Shown here piece by piece: positions 12,913-28,453 of a stretch of 64,000 nt of DNA. Under the pieces are notes generated by a model, which searched no databases, was not told where the DNA came from, and saw nothing but the letters and a program-made list of their open reading frames with translations. The DNA is taken from positions 99,324,001 through 99,388,000 of the forward strand of contig NC_043006.1 of the NCBI RefSeq assembly GCF_006345805.1. The letters run 5' to 3'. The stretch's first letter is position 1; each line of letters opens with the position of its first letter. Source of the DNA: Octopus sinensis (lineage: Eukaryota). The position numbers and the translations under genes are program-made.

Positions 12913-15900
12913 TAGCATCTGGTGAAATGTAGGGTTCTTAATGCGCGGCTTCTCTTTTTCTCTTCCATAGCATTACACCTACATGCATATCACGGCGTCT
13001 ACGCACATTACAGTTGAATTTGTGAAACATCCAAAAAATATTTCCCCTCACATCCGTCCACTGCCGGAGCATAAGATTCCAGGCGAGATAGTCTGCAGCC
13101 CTGCCGCTTATAATGCCACAGAAACAGTTGCAAAATATGCACTGAAAATGATAAATATAAATGCAAAATATGTACTCAGTAAACTAGTAAATAAGAAACA
13201 TGAAGAAGTAAATAAGAAAACAATACCAAATAACAGAATATTCGCAAACAAACACCAGAATTACCCTCACGGAGATATTAACACAAGAATAGAAAATCAG
13301 GATCGAAAACTGTAAACAATGCAACTTTGAATATATTACTAATCTAATTTAAGCTTTTTTGAATCAACAAATGACACTCTCATATCTTAAAACAACGAAA
13401 TACCAACATCAAACATAGAACAATGCTACAGACAAGAGATTTGATAATGATAGCAAACTAAAACTTTTATATCTGAAATTGTCATGAATTCCCTTTATCG
13501 TGTTATTCGCACTGTATGCTGTGAAATGTTTTAAGTTTCAAGTTTATAAACTGATCATATTCAATAATTTCAGCCATACATCTAACTCTGTCCTGGATTT
13601 ATATATTGAAACCATAAGCAAGTGACAAAAACAAAAGACACTACTAATTTCCAGTTTAAATTCATTGTATTGCCGCGACATACGTGTGGATTCTATGCAG
13701 TTTCTGGGTTGATGATGCAAGTCAATTTTGCAATGAGTGGAAAAGGCCACCGAAAGCCAGAATTCTTTTTTCATCAATGCTGAAATTACCATCCTATGCT
13801 TCATACATAACTTTCAAATACATGCTAACCTCACCCCAAAGCTGTGTCCCATTTATTAATTATATGATATTTTATGGTAGAACCCAGCATTTTTTCACGA
13901 TCTTCGAGTTCTCTATTAGTTCGCCTAAAATACCTCTCAGAGTTATGGCCATCATGTTTCATATTTCAATATAAACTTATAAACTCTTCGCAATGCCCTA
14001 TCTATTTACACCTTTCCTACTCGAAATGTTGAACATAGTTGGCACATTTTTACTAATTCTCATTATAAATTATTGGAGAAAGACTGATATATTAGGAAAT
14101 AGAGTTTTATGTAAAACATATCTTAAGTAAAAATGTGTGGTGGAATTAGAGGTGCAATGCTTTTAACCACGTATCTGCTCTGTCATGGTTCGTCTGGAAC
14201 TAATCTCCAATAACAACGATTCAGTAGAGAAAAACCTTCACCGACCACTTAACTGGTTTAATAGTAGTTGCGACCTGAGTGACTTCGTAATTACTGAACC
14301 GTGCGTTGCACTAGCGTTGTATTTTTAGCATAATAACAATGGACATTTGGGATTAAATATCGTATAAACAATTAAGGTAGCAATATTAATGTGAACACAT
14401 TACATATACATTTATATGTTCTGTGAAGCAATCATAATTGTTAATTAAATGTCTTTTAAAATTTCTCACTTTATACGCACTTATTGATGAATGTTTGGTG
14501 GTGATTAGACGTGATGTACGTGCATATTAGGAATATGTTCCTCCGAAAACAAAAGATGGGTTTTAAGGGGCTTTATGTTCGCATTTAAATCATTGCACAA
14601 GAATCCAAGCTGTAAATACTACGTAATTAACGGAAAACTTTTTTATGTATATTCCTTCAAAAATTATAATAATAACAATAATTGAAGCAATTCCAAATGA
14701 GCATTCATTGGGAAATATAGCCATAGGGCGAGATGGATGAAAGAAAAATTACATTATAAACAGATCTAGAATATAATGCTCAAATTTTCAAATGTTTTCT
14801 ACAAATTGAGTTAATACATATCGTGGGTAATATGTTATTTTCTTGGGAAGTTAAACTCACCTGCTTGCTTATATGTTAGTTCATGCCCCCATATGTAAAC
14901 ATTTTGAATTGCTTATCATATGAAAAATAATGGATTAACTTTGAAATTATTGACGTGTAGTAGACATGAAAACTAAACGTTTCAAAAATGATGAATGAAT
15001 GTCCTACAAAATTTTCAAATGAGGTATCAAAAACCACGTCTAACGAAAAAAACATGGTCGTAACATATAACCAGGTCCTGCAGCGTTTAATGATCGTGGG
15101 CAAAATCGCGTTTAAGCGAACAGATTTTGCAATTTCCTGCAGAGAACGATGAAGCAATGTTGTTTTAAGATACGAATCGTTTTCTTTTTTTAATATTTCT
15201 AAAATGAAAGTAAAAATAAATAACGTATAATAGAACTGCGATTGATTTTAACAAGTGAGTAGGGGATAACCTTAGCAAATGAAACTTCAATGATAAATAA
15301 TTTATTCATTCTCACACTTCGGCAAATGTCAGCAGTAAAAAGAAAAATACTTATAAAGTTTGTTCTTTTTAACCGTTTGATTTTATGTTTAAAATTGAAT
15401 ATCTAGCTGATATATAATGTACATAAATTAGAAATAAGCACCAGTATTTATTTTATACTTTTCTCTTTAGTACTAAAGTTTTATTTTTGTAGCATAGCAA
15501 TTATGTCACTGTAAGATCAATTTTGGTTTTGTCCACTTTCACATCCAGACATATACTAAAATACATTGCACACACTGTGAAAAGGTAGTGTTTGCCGAAC
15601 TATTTGACAACACCGTGTATTGTTTACAGAATAATAAATCATCGGTTTTGTTATCTGTTATTTCAAACTTTTGCCTTTACTTTTATAATCGATCAACCCT
15701 GTGTTAAATTTTAAAAGCAAGCGGCAAACCGAATTTAAAACTTAATTTATTTTCTGTCATACGGGCGCCAATTTGTACAGACATTCGAAAAGCTGATGAC
15801 TATTTCATATTCATATATGCCAGCGTTTCAGTGAATCTCAAGCCAGATACTCACAAATACAAGGAAAACATATTTACACAAAGAGCATTAAATAGCAGTA

Positions 15901-16440
15901 CTCAAGAGTGTACTTATAAGTATTTACATATGGATGTATACATTTTCTACATGTCTGTATACACATGTATGCGTGTCTGTGAGTGCGTGTGTGCGTGTAA
16001 ACGTATACATATATATTTATAGTAACATAACTGCAACAATGCAACAGGTAATAACAAACACGTGTTTTAATTTGTAAAGGAGTCCACGTGTGTGTAGCTA
16101 GTATACATACACACATACATGCACACACACACATATATTTGTCCGTGTGTTTTTGTATTAGTGCGTGTGTGTTTATGAATGTATATGCATATATGCATGT
16201 ATTTATGCATATAGGTAGGTAAATTAGATTTAGATTTGAGTAAGACATATTAAAGCAGTTGTTTCCAACTTTTGTTGTCATAAACCTACTACTACTAATA
16301 ATGTTGATTCAAACAATGGCAATCATATTGTAAATGCTGATACTAAAAATATCAATTATTTCTTTATTGTTATAATTGCTATTACACAAAGGTCATTGTC
16401 AATATCAATACCACTTTCTATATCACTAATAATAACAATG

Positions 16441-16826
16441 GATGGAAGCACTCCGTCGGTTACGACGACGAGGGTTCCGGTTGATCCGATCAACGGAACA
16501 GCCTGCTCGTGAAATTAACATGTAAGTGGCTGAGCACTCCACAGACACGTGTACCCTTAACGTAGTTCTCGGGGATATTCAGCGTGACACAGAGAGTGAC
16601 AAGGTCAGCCCTTTGAAATACAGGTACAACAGAAACAGGAAGTAAGAGTGAGAGAAAGTTTTGGTGAATGAGTAGAGCACGGATCACCACCATCCCCTGC
16701 CGGAGCCTCGTGGAGCTTTAGGTGTTTTCGCTCAATAGACACTCACAACGCCCGGTCTGAGAATCGAAACCGCGATCCTACGACCGCGAGTCCGCTGCCC
16801 TAACCACTGGGCCATTGCGCCTCCAC
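16441..16826 (-). mobile_element. Full-length tRNA-Arg-derived SINE with 13-bp TSD
   Basis: Head GGCGCAATGGCCCAGTGGTTAGGGCAGCGGACTCGCGG (A box, TCG anticodon-like) and GTTTCGATTC B box. TSD AATAATAACAATG at 16428-16440 and 16827-16839. Confidence 0.92.
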
Positions 16827-17817
16827 AATAATAACAATGCTAGTGGTGGCAACAGCAATATCCATGATAACACTAATTCATCCCGGGTCCGAAAATAAAT
16901 TCAGAGGCGCAGACAATTGTATTGACCCCACCATTTCAGTAGTAAGTTATTTACTGGCTACTGAGTGATGAAAGACACGTTAACCTTAGTGGGATTCAAA
17001 TCATGCTCTAAAATAGGAAAAACCTGTTAACCCGAGACAACGTGTGGAACGTTACGCTTATTCTGCTAACTGACCTTGCCATAGCAATATATATGTAGAT
17101 GCATATTTGAAGCAAATGTGGTGATAAGAAATTAGATAGATAAATATATCAAATATATCAAATACAACATATGTATATATGTAAACATATAAAAAGTTCT
17201 GATTTAAACAAAGCACGAAAGATATAGAAAATTAAAGGGATGGAAGAAAATATTACAAACCAACAACTATTTCTAGTGGCTCAGTGATCCATAATAACGT
17301 TTGGAGATTAATTCCCTAGATGTAATTTTTCTACAAATATTAATATGCATCGTCTAGACCCCAGAAAATGTTGTTGAATTCCATCCCTTTATTTATTATA
17401 TCTTTTGTACATTGTGTAAGTTGAACCTTTTTATATGTACAAATATATACATAGTTTCTATTTCATCTATTTAATATAATGTATGTATTGATTTGTCTAA
17501 TTTAGTTATCTCGACTTCTCCTTCGATACCCGCTAAAGTTGGAATATTTTGTGCACTCGTAAGTGTATTCTATGCGGAGAGCATTTGGATCTCGTGTAAG
17601 CGCTATAAATATATATTTGTGTATGTCTGTACGCGTGTACATGTGTGTATGTGTGTGCATATGTGTATGTGGTTATTCGCGCACGCGAGCGTGTATGCTT
17701 GCCTGAGTGTGTAAGTATGGATGTAGATATTCATTCTTTTATTTGTAAAGTGATATGATTCCATCAGCTGAGTTTTTTTACGACAGCTTTAGCGGCATTA
17801 ATATGGAATCTATGTAA

Positions 17818-18040
17818 GGCGGTGAGCGGACAGAATGGTTAGCACATCAGATAGAATGCTTTGTGGCATTTCCTCCGCTTCGAATGGGAACTCCGTCCCG
17901 AGTTCACATTCCACCGATGTAGACTGTGCTTTTTATCCATTCAATGTCGATAAAATAAGCATCACTTGAACACTGGTGTCGACCTGATCGACTTACTCCT
18001 CCCCTTACATTGCTGGCTTAGTGCCAAAATTTGAAACCGG
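17818..18040 (+). mobile_element. Degenerate SINE ('GGCGGTGAGC' family)
   Basis: GGCGGTGAGCGGACAGAATGGTTAGCAC head and GTCGATAAAATAAG body. Confidence 0.7.
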
Positions 18041-19560
18041 TATGAAACCAGTGTAAATTGAATATAAATGTCTACGTGATATCCAATTACCAAAAAATTT
18101 TTGTTTAAGAGAAACATAATTCCCGTTTTCTAATGTTACATGTAACTTAATATGTATTTTAATCTCAAATATATTTTGGTTAATAGAACATACTGGCGTT
18201 ATTTGGACAAGCACAGTAGTGAAATGAATATTTAAGTATTTGGCAGAAAATCCAATCCTTTATCCCAGTGATGTAAGATTTCTAGCTATGCTGACTCTCT
18301 GCCTCTTTCTCTCGGTTTCTCTTCTCTTCTTGATTCATACACTTCTTTCCCCTTCTATGATTTTGTAAACATTGTATTTGTTACATAATCATATATTCAT
18401 ATTTGGATGTAGACCATAAAGCCAAACGCAAAAGACAAACAAATATTCAAACGTGAATTTATATTTGATAAACAAGATAAGATACAAATATATATTTAAT
18501 ATTTCAATTCCATTGATAGAAATACATAACGATGACCTTAATGAACGGTGGTATTTTTTTTTCAATAATCCTACTCGATTTATAAATGAAGTAGAGAGAA
18601 AAAAATTTATTTTCAATCCAGATATTAGCTTTTTGAAACCAACAAATAATATAAATTAATTGAAATATATATATACATATATATGTGTGTGTGTCTGTGT
18701 GTGTGTGTATGTGTGTGTGTCTGTGTGTGTGTGTGGGAGGGAGAATTCACAAAAAAAACGTTATATATAGTTACAGAAAGAACTCTGGGTAAAAATTACT
18801 TGATATAAATTAAGGACATGTATTAACTCTTAAATTAAGATGTGTATTTATAATATGCATTTCAACTGCAATCGTTTTATAATCTTGATACACTCAGGTA
18901 ATAATTATTTTCTCTAATGAGTTTGTATATGTATATGCTTGTTTAGGTGTATGTGATTATAATAATCATTTTAAATAAAACAGATAGATTACTGATGGCA
19001 AACCAAATAAAAACCATTGTCAATGTTATTTGGCGATTGTCTTTTGAGATGTGACATCGAGCACCGTTTATTACTAAAAGACCACTAACTCATACATACA
19101 AATCTTCACATTCTTCCCTTGTACACGCATGCACATAAGCGCATATACACACACACAGAATTGAAACGCTGTTTGATTTTTTTCAGTATTGAAAGATCAC
19201 CATCCCAATTCCATTCACACACACAAACACACATACGCACACACACACAATCATTCTTATACCTTCATTTTACATATACAAACATATACCCCCACAGAGT
19301 TAAAGCGCTGTGATCTTTTTTAACCCCTTCCATCGTCATTCATCTGTCACCCCAGTCTTTCTCAATCGTATGTTGTGACGGAGAAAAGCAAAACATATAG
19401 TGGAAGTTACACGACGTTCGTTTTGCCAATTCGTCTCAGTCCCTCTCAGCCATGGCTATTATTCTCACTACTATTCCTTCACTGAATTACTATTTTCTCT
19501 CCTCTCTCTTCCCTTACACCACTCTTTCTGCTACTTCCTCCTACTACGTGATTTTGGACA

Positions 19561-19672
<112 letters not shown>

Positions 19673-20832
19673 GATGTATATATGTACACACACACACATA
19701 TTATGATGTGAAATTTTCTATAATGTCATATATTAAATTATTTAATATTGTTAGGTAAATATAAATATAATATTACGCTTTCAAAAAATTTACAACTTCA
19801 TTTATAATCCTGTATCTTTAACGCAATTCAGTTTAAAGAGATTTAAATTCAATATATAATTTTCAGAAAGTATCTTATATTTGTCATATAATCATGATAA
19901 GCAGAGTATAATTTCAACAGAAATTACTGTAACCATGATTGTACCTTCTCGCTAAAAAGCAACCGGAAAGCAAATTACTTGAGCCATTGACAAAACAAAC
20001 GAAATTCATTTGAGTTGACGACATTGATATCAACATAGATTTCCCTGACACAACCGTCCATATTTAAGATATTTAATCAACCAGTCGTCAAACATATCTA
20101 CAAACAATTCCAGGAGAAAAAAAAAACACCAGCGATCGAATACTGTTATGTAAAATCAAAACACCTCTAGTTAAAAATCCAATATCTTTCAATGACTAAT
20201 TTTTAGCAAAATTTATGAAACCGTAAGATTTGTGGAAATCTGATATGATTCAATGCGAATATCATTATATGCGATGAAAATTGGAATAAGGTATTATCGC
20301 AAGTTTAAATTCAGGTAAAACGAAAACGCAGTATAACTTTGTTATTTTGTAGATATTAAATATTTCTTATTTAAAATACGATCTGATATGTAGAGAATCA
20401 TTGTAATCTAAATACTTGCCATACAATTAAATGTGTAAAGAACCAAATTGCATTTCTCTCTCAAGTAACAACACATTGAAATTCAGTAGAATGTAAATTG
20501 CTTGATTAAACAAGATTTAGCATCATGTGAAGCACTTAATAAAATTATGTAAATATACTAAAAACATTTTTAATCATAGATTGAAAAGAAATTGGCGAGA
20601 TAGCAACATATTTCTTAATATTCATAATATGGTGTAACCTTAAATACGCAACAATTTATCTGAGAATCGGGGATACAAATTAGTTCGACATTTTGCATGA
20701 TGTTAAGTGAATGGATACACACACACACAGACACCCCTCACAAATTCATACACAAACACATAGAGGAACTCACATATATGAATAAAATATAAGGTAGGAC
20801 ACTTCTTATACAAACACCCACTTGCATAGAAA

Positions 20833-20950
<118 letters not shown>

Positions 20951-20984
20951 TGTGTGTATGTATATATATATATCCTCATTCTTT

Positions 20985-21215
20985 AAAAATGTTTTAGCTC
21001 GAAAGCTGCGACCATGCAGTGACACCCAGTTCTGCTGTTGGTGTAACTTTGAATGCCAAAATTCTGGACAAGGCCATCCATCATTTTCCAGATGTATATC
21101 ACTGCATATCTCTCCCGCCTTTGCTCCAGGGAGAAGAGTTTTAATGCTTTCACTCTTTCCCAGTAGCTCACAGGTTGAATTGAGACGATCTTCTTAGTGC
21201 AGCTTCGTTGGATTC
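20985..21215 (-). mobile_element. CR1-like LINE 3' ORF fragment
   Basis: MSYWERVKALKLFSLEQRRERYAVIYIWKM, homologous to YWGRLEKLKLYSLQHRRERY at ~54530. Confidence 0.85.
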
Positions 21216-22623
21216 ACACACACACACACAAACTCATATATATGTATTTGTTAAAGATGACAACATACGTTAAGGGAAGGCATTGATACAACCTTGGACC
21301 CCTAATAATCCTTTACAGCACTTACCTAGCGTGCCTAATAGATTAGATCACCTGTGAACTAAAACCTCATGCTTGGTATATGTATGTGTGTGTGTGTATA
21401 CATGTATATCTACCTATCTATATATCAATCTATCGACCTGTCTCTTTATCTATCTATCGATCTATATATATATACTCTCACACACACACGCGCACACGCA
21501 CACGGATATATAGAATACATACTTACGTACATATATGTATGTATACTATCCATATATATCTAAATCAATTGATGGATGCATACACAGTGAATCACGTGTG
21601 TATGTTTGTGTGGTGCATATGTGTAGCATTGTGGCTCCTAGTAACGACATTACTTATAACTAGTTAGTTAATCTGTGTCTATACTTCCATCAAAGAGGTT
21701 TTCGAAATGTTAAAGTTCTTTTCCCGGATGTAATCCTTTATTCCGTAAATAAAGAATGGAATATAAATTCATCACATATTTTGGAGTATCTTTTGTTATA
21801 TGTCTTTTCAAATTTAATATTTTATCACTTGAAACTTTAAATATGCTTCCAGTTAGTGAAGTAAAGTCATTTGTATAGAGAAAATTTGTAGGTGTCGGTA
21901 ATTTTATGCAGAGAAAACGGACGAAATGACAAATATGTAGGCAATTGCAAATAATTATGTTTACTTGCTTTCATTGGAATTACTGCTTCATTTGTAAGAG
22001 TTTGCTTATTTTCTAGTATAGTGTCTAAGAGAACTATTGCACAATGATTTTGTTTTTATCTTTTTAATTTTCTTTTGTCAGATTTAGAATATACATACTT
22101 CAACTGCGGTGAACAGATAATTATCTAAATATCTACGCAGAAAATAAGTGATTTAGACAATACGTACTTGCAAATAACATGCGAAAGTTTCGATGAGAGT
22201 GACAGATTTGATTATGCCAATTTAACATATTCAAGTATTGCGGAAGAAGCAAAAGCAAAATTTCGTAAATTTCTTCATCACTTTGGTACATCTGAAATAT
22301 TCCGAAGAAGTTCTTATACAAATCTCAAGTATATTAAAACATTTTCTCCGAGTATTTTACATAACATTTAGTCTTATTTAGAACCGAAATTGAAATTCAA
22401 CTGTATTATAAACCGCACATTAATATCATTTGCGTCCCACTACATTTAAAAGAAAATTTGTTGATTCTCTGGATTTGAAGATATGTTGAGATTCTACGCA
22501 AAGTATTACATTCAATGTTAAACCTTATTTTAATATTTGAACATTTGTTTTTCATGAATATAAATTATAACAATTTCTTTCTCATATATACAATGAGATT
22601 TACTTATATATACATTTGCATAA

Positions 22624-24367
22624 CGCTGGATAACAAAAACATTTTTGTAAGTTGTAGATTTTTTAACCTATTTCGAACAATTTTGCATCGCTGAATCTGC
22701 AAATGACATCTGTTCCTCTCGATCAGATCGCGTTTCTATGCTAAGTTGACTTTTTCAAAATCCCCTATTCTGACTAAATGGATTACATTTATCAGATATT
22801 ATCGGTTGATTTGTGTTAATGTTTCTCATCCGAAATAGGGTTTTATGATAAAAACATTGTTTTCTAACACAATTTATTAATTAGATGTTATAAACTTTGA
22901 TTATTGTAAATTGGATACTAGACTCTGATAATCTTGGAAATGCTTGCCCCAAGGAAGGGAAGCAACCATCATTCTTTTCCAGAACTTTGGTGAACTGCTT
23001 GATGAATCCCAGTCTGACGTCTAGTTGTGGGAACAGGGTTGGTTATGAGGTTCTTCGCTCTGCATAGCACCAGTTCCTCCCGCAAAGGCAAATGCTTCTT
23101 GTAATACTGTGACGTGTCCCGCATACAAAGAATGCGTGGGTATTTGGTGAGCGCAGACTTTTGTCCCAACAAAAATTCACCATCTTCAGATCGACATAAA
23201 TAAACCACTGATGCTGATCATAACGAATTTTGCCCCAGCACACAATTCGCCGCTTCATACTTCTCCTTCAGTGTAGTCGAATGAGCGAGGCGTACAGAGG
23301 CAAACGTTGTTCAACAGAACACATTTCAGCGATCGCTTGCTGTTGTCAATGAATAGTGTCCCATCTTTGCGTCTGTACTGTGGCACGCCAAGTTCGTGCA
23401 GAAAATGAGCAATATCTGTACAGTATACCAAGTCCTCTCTTCAGAGGAAACGTGGAGGGACTCTTGGTGGCTGCAGCGGTAGCAGGTGATGCGAGCATTG
23501 TCAGAGAAGAATTTTGTTTCCTTCAATCTGGATGCCAAAAGTTCGGCAGACGAATTTGGCAATCCGAGATCGCGAACTAGTTCATTTAACTCATTTTGGG
23601 AAAAGGATGTAGAGCATCATCTTCAGGAACTACCTCTTCATCATCTTCTTGAAAACTGGAGGACACTATGTCACTAGTACCAGGAAGTTTTCCGAAGACA
23701 GGTACTGGAATTTCATCACAGTGCGCTACAGGACAATGTGCTGGTTGACGATCAGGATACTTGATGCTGCATCGGTTCTTTCTGTTGATCCCAGTCACAT
23801 CAATAGCCTAGATATAGCAGTCGGTGCCATAGTTTGTCGGATCCCTCCAAACCATGGGAATTACAAACTTCAGACGACTCTTCTTGCCCTTGATCCACTG
23901 ACGAAGATTCTCGGTGCATGCTTGGCATACCATGTATCATGACAAAGTTTTATCATGGTCGAGTTTAACATCAACTTAGGCATGGTAAGCGCACTTTGTG
24001 AAACTTGTGACTGGACACCTGTTAGGAACAATGGTGTTTCCCCGCAGATGTAGCAGCATACGTTGGACTTACATATGCAGCATCTTCTGGTCGAAGCCGT
24101 TTCATTCACCTGTAAAATAAATATACAAATTAGTAATAAATATGCGCATGCAAACTCTTCTGAGTTCATTTATTTCAAGACATAAAAAAGAATTTTGCAT
24201 CAGGCAAAGGAAAATTACCCGTACATGTAAACAAAAACGTAAAAAATATTAGGTGACCATGGTTTAAGAAGCTGAATGAGCAAAACAAATGTGATTTTTA
24301 AATTTCGCACATCAGAATTGTCTTAAGTCAGCTAAAGAAATTTAGACAATAATTTTGTTGACAAGTG
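22624..24367 (-). mobile_element. Chapaev-type (Chapaev3-like) DNA transposon, internally deleted and pseudogenised
   Basis: ASTRRC...CYICGE; VCQACTENLRQW; FVIPMVWRDPTN..DCY; SAELLASRLKE; IDSSKRSL; VDLKMVNFLLGQ...TKYP. Imperfect TIRs (CGCTGGATAACAAAA / CACTTGTCAACAAAA) and TAA 3-bp duplication at 22621-23 and 24368-70. Family name is from recall of these motifs and the TWA TSD. Confidence 0.75.
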
Positions 24368-25061
24368 TAAATAATGTAGCCTGTGAAAATAACACTGATG
24401 CGTAAAAAGACCTGCTAAACTTTGTATATTAGCATAACAACCAATTGTTGAATAATTTTTGTTTTCATCATGTGCTGTGTATGTCAGAAATCAACCGAAA
24501 GTTCTAGTCAATAGAAACAGCTTTACAAAATGAATGCCAATTTATGTCTAATCCTTCAATGTAAGCGACGTGTTTCTTTTTTCCTTTTCGTAGAGGTGCA
24601 TTTTACAGTAGACAAACTTCATCATTTTGCCACCTTTAAGTAAACATCTTATACACTTTGCTTATTTACGTGCTGTCGTAAAATGCACAGGATATAGAAA
24701 TTTCATAGAAACACTGGCGAAAACATAAACCTGGCTTGCTGATACTGATGTTTTGTTTAACAGGCGCTTCATCTAATTGTTGCGTAATGGGATTGGGTAC
24801 TATCAAACATATAAATACTGCGCTCAAATTTCTTCTGCTTAAAACTCTACTATATTATCGAAGCAACGTAGAAAAAGGATGTGGTGTGTGCTTTAATGAT
24901 CTCGAAGTTAAAAGCTCGAAACGTTATTCGAAACTAGATACATACTCCAGTATCGAAAGTAACTTACAACTTAAGTGAAATTTATAAATAAATACACATA
25001 TCAAAAGCGATATCAGAATTAGTTAAATCTTGCTGTTGAGACCTTAATTACATATATATTT

Positions 25062-25208
25062 CTTTATTTCCCGCAAGGGGCTAAACACAGAGAGGACAAA
25101 CAAGGACAGATAAAGGGATTAAGTCGATTACATCGACCCCAGTGCGAAACTGGTACTTAATTTATCGTCCCCGAAAGGGTGAAAGGCAAAGTCGACCTCG
25201 ACGGAATA
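25062..25208 (-). mobile_element. SINE 3' portion
   Basis: Matches the units of the 39345-39915 array. Confidence 0.8.
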
Positions 25209-25389
25209 ATAACATATAGATTTCGAACCAATGATTAGTAGTCTATAGCCACCTTAAGTACCAAGATAAGTTGCATCATAAATGGTTGAAAACTAAACAA
25301 CATTTTTTAACATATACCAGTGAATTTCCTTGTTTTATATGTGTGTGTGTATATATATATGTATGTATATATGTATATATATGTATGTG

Positions 25390-25421
<32 letters not shown>

Positions 25422-25466
25422 AAGAGAGAGGGAGATAGAGAGGGAGAGAGACAGGGATAGAGAGAC

Positions 25467-25506
<40 letters not shown>

Positions 25507-26104
25507 GATTTTCCTTTTCGTTTCCCCAGCTTCGAATGCCATGATATTAACTTCACGCCTGATACTGTTTATTTTCCATTAATCGAAGAATTACTCCAAT
25601 TTCGCAGCTTTACGGATCATTCTTCCTTCCTTCAAAATTGTAGATCGCTACATTTGGCATAAGTGTTGAGATGGCAATTGAATTGTTATGAAGTGAATGT
25701 TTCAATAAGAAATGTGAGATGATACCTGCTTTATAGAAAGTTCATTCACCAATTATATCGACTGATTGATATTACGACAGGCGTGTTGTTTTCAATTATT
25801 TCGCTTCAATTCAGATCTACGTCTGTGTTATCGATGTTTGAAACTAGGCAGATTAAATGGTAGTTCCTTTCTATAGCAATAATATATAAGTACTTCTTGT
25901 ATGTTGATAGCCACAAATACTTCTTTCTGAAATGAATAATAACATGAACAGATCAACTTCAAATTAGCATGAAGCAGAGATGGAATGAATCAACTCGAGA
26001 AATTAAGCTGCACTCTCACTCGCAAAAACGAACGCACACATAACTTTTATCTGTGTGTATATTTCTATACTGGAATAGGTGTATCCGATTAAATGAATGT
26101 ATGT

Positions 26105-26145
<41 letters not shown>

Positions 26146-26158
26146 CATACACATCCAT

Positions 26159-26250
<92 letters not shown>

Positions 26251-26290
26251 GCATATATATAAATGTAGAAAGACAGAGAGAGAGAAAGAG

Positions 26291-26333
<43 letters not shown>

Positions 26334-28453
26334 TAAACGCAGAAGGGCATATATTGTGACTAAGATTGATTGAAATAAAACTGAATTATTTAGTTTCGAC
26401 TGTGTGATTAATCATTTCGAATTAGTCCGTTTTCATTTTAATTTTCATTTATCACTGTTGGTCTAAAGAAATAAGCATGCATTAATGAATGTAGTCAAAT
26501 ATCAAGATGCCAGAAACGGCAAAATGTTTTCAAATCATGCCTCTGTTTATCATATACTGAGTCACGTATTTATGTAGTACTGTATACACGAAAAATGTTG
26601 AGAAATTTACTCTACTTTATTCCCACTTGAGACCTCGTTGGACATAATGAAAAGAAATTGCTTCAGATCATTACAAGAAAATGGGTGGAATTAATTAGAC
26701 CTATCTCTCTTGGTAAGAAAGGTGGAGTAACAGTACTAATACATTGAGATATTGTCTTTATTTTCGCGGGGAAAAGATAATAGGTGTATGCACTTACTTA
26801 AAAATACGAACGTACTCAGATATATTGAAACGCACAAACAATTTTGCGTAATTTTTCTGACAGAGGAAATGAAATGAGAGCTGTATGTACATAACCTTAT
26901 ATGAAGGTTATGAAGATGAGTAATGAAAGAAATGCATTACAATAAAAATATATATAATGTTTTGCATCATACATATGTAATTACACAGAGGCGAGAGATA
27001 TTCCATTGAACATTTATCTCATTGAAATATTTTAAATAAATTTGGATGAAGTGATGCATGCATAAAGCTTTGCATTATACAGAAAAATGCAACACACAGA
27101 GTTCTATATACCAAACTGTATGGCAGCACGTATTTGCTATGCTATGCAATACATTTGCAGCTCTCTTTAATGTTAAACCATTTAAACATGAGGAATGTTG
27201 AAGTCAGAGTGATTGGAAGCAGAATGTATGCGGGGAATCTCTCTCCTATCACTTGGTGAGACTCTCTAAAGGGATTTCCACAGGCGGACCTCTTCACGAA
27301 GCAGAGAGGAAAATCATTGATAATGGAAGAGTGTGTGGTATTATGAGGTCAATTTAATATTAAAGAATAAGGGTGTATATGAATGTGATTACCACGTAGG
27401 ATATTTGAGAACTTTTAAATGATGATAAGTACATACAAACGAATTTTAAAGTAATTTGTACAATAGAATTATATATATTTAGTGTGGAACATTGCGGAAG
27501 AAAAAAGACATGAAAAAATATCTCCAGAGAATTCCAACGGTAAGTGTTAAAAAGAGAATAAAAGCAAAGAGAGCAGTGGGCTTAAGAGATCAGTGGGACG
27601 TGCTTAAAAAACATCATGATATCACATCTTTGGGCAGAGAATATTAGAACTTCGAAGGAGGAATGACATTTGATAGAAGTTTCAAGCAGATTTTGTCCCA
27701 TTTATATAAGAGAAATGGCATCAGCAAAACTCAAGAAATTTGTCGATTATTTTATTTCCTATTATTCTCTTCTCTTTACTCGCCTAAAGCTTTATTTCTA
27801 GCATTTGTAGATTGAGTTCTAACACCAGCCTATTAATATCACCATCCCCGAACGACATATATATATATATATATATAAGCATGAATGTATGTATGTATGT
27901 ATATGTAGGTGTGTACATATGTATATATATGTGTGTGTGTGTGTGTGTATGGTCCGGTCCTGGGCAGCAGGGAAGATATCTTGATGTCTGCCTTCAACCA
28001 CGGATCCACAGTGAATGATAGGGTTTTGATGGGTTTTTGATAATTCTCCCTCAGCTTTACGTTACTGAAAACTTAAATCATTAATACTATTATTGCTATA
28101 ATTATCATGTAATCTTACATTAAGCCCTTACGATATGTCTTTTATTTGTCAGTCGCTTACTTTCTGATTTCAAATATGAGTGTTTTCCACTGGGAATGCT
28201 ATCCCTGGTAGACAAATGATTACCCCATTACTCAACTGGTACTTATTCTATCGTCCTCGAAATGATGAAAGCCAAAATCGACCCAAGTGGCATTTGGACT
28301 CTGAACGTTGGAAGAAATGCAGCTTCTCTAATGATTAATAAGTCTCCCATCCAGTAAAATTACCTGACAACTATATGTTCTGATATTTCTTATAATATTA
28401 ATATACTACACTGGTTGAGAATTAAAAGTTTAATTTATTATCACTATATATTA

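Noticed and set aside
12983-13480. Possible very old Penelope fragment (110-aa ORF)
   Set aside because: Only vague similarity; no diagnostic RT or GIY-YIG motif.
17290-17320. HNNVWRL, resembling the N.LWR motif of the GPCR-like frames
   Set aside because: The upstream frame has a stop and no other matching residues; likely coincidence.
18453-18659. 68-aa AT-rich ORF
   Set aside because: No recognisable motif or splice support; compatible with chance in AT-rich DNA.
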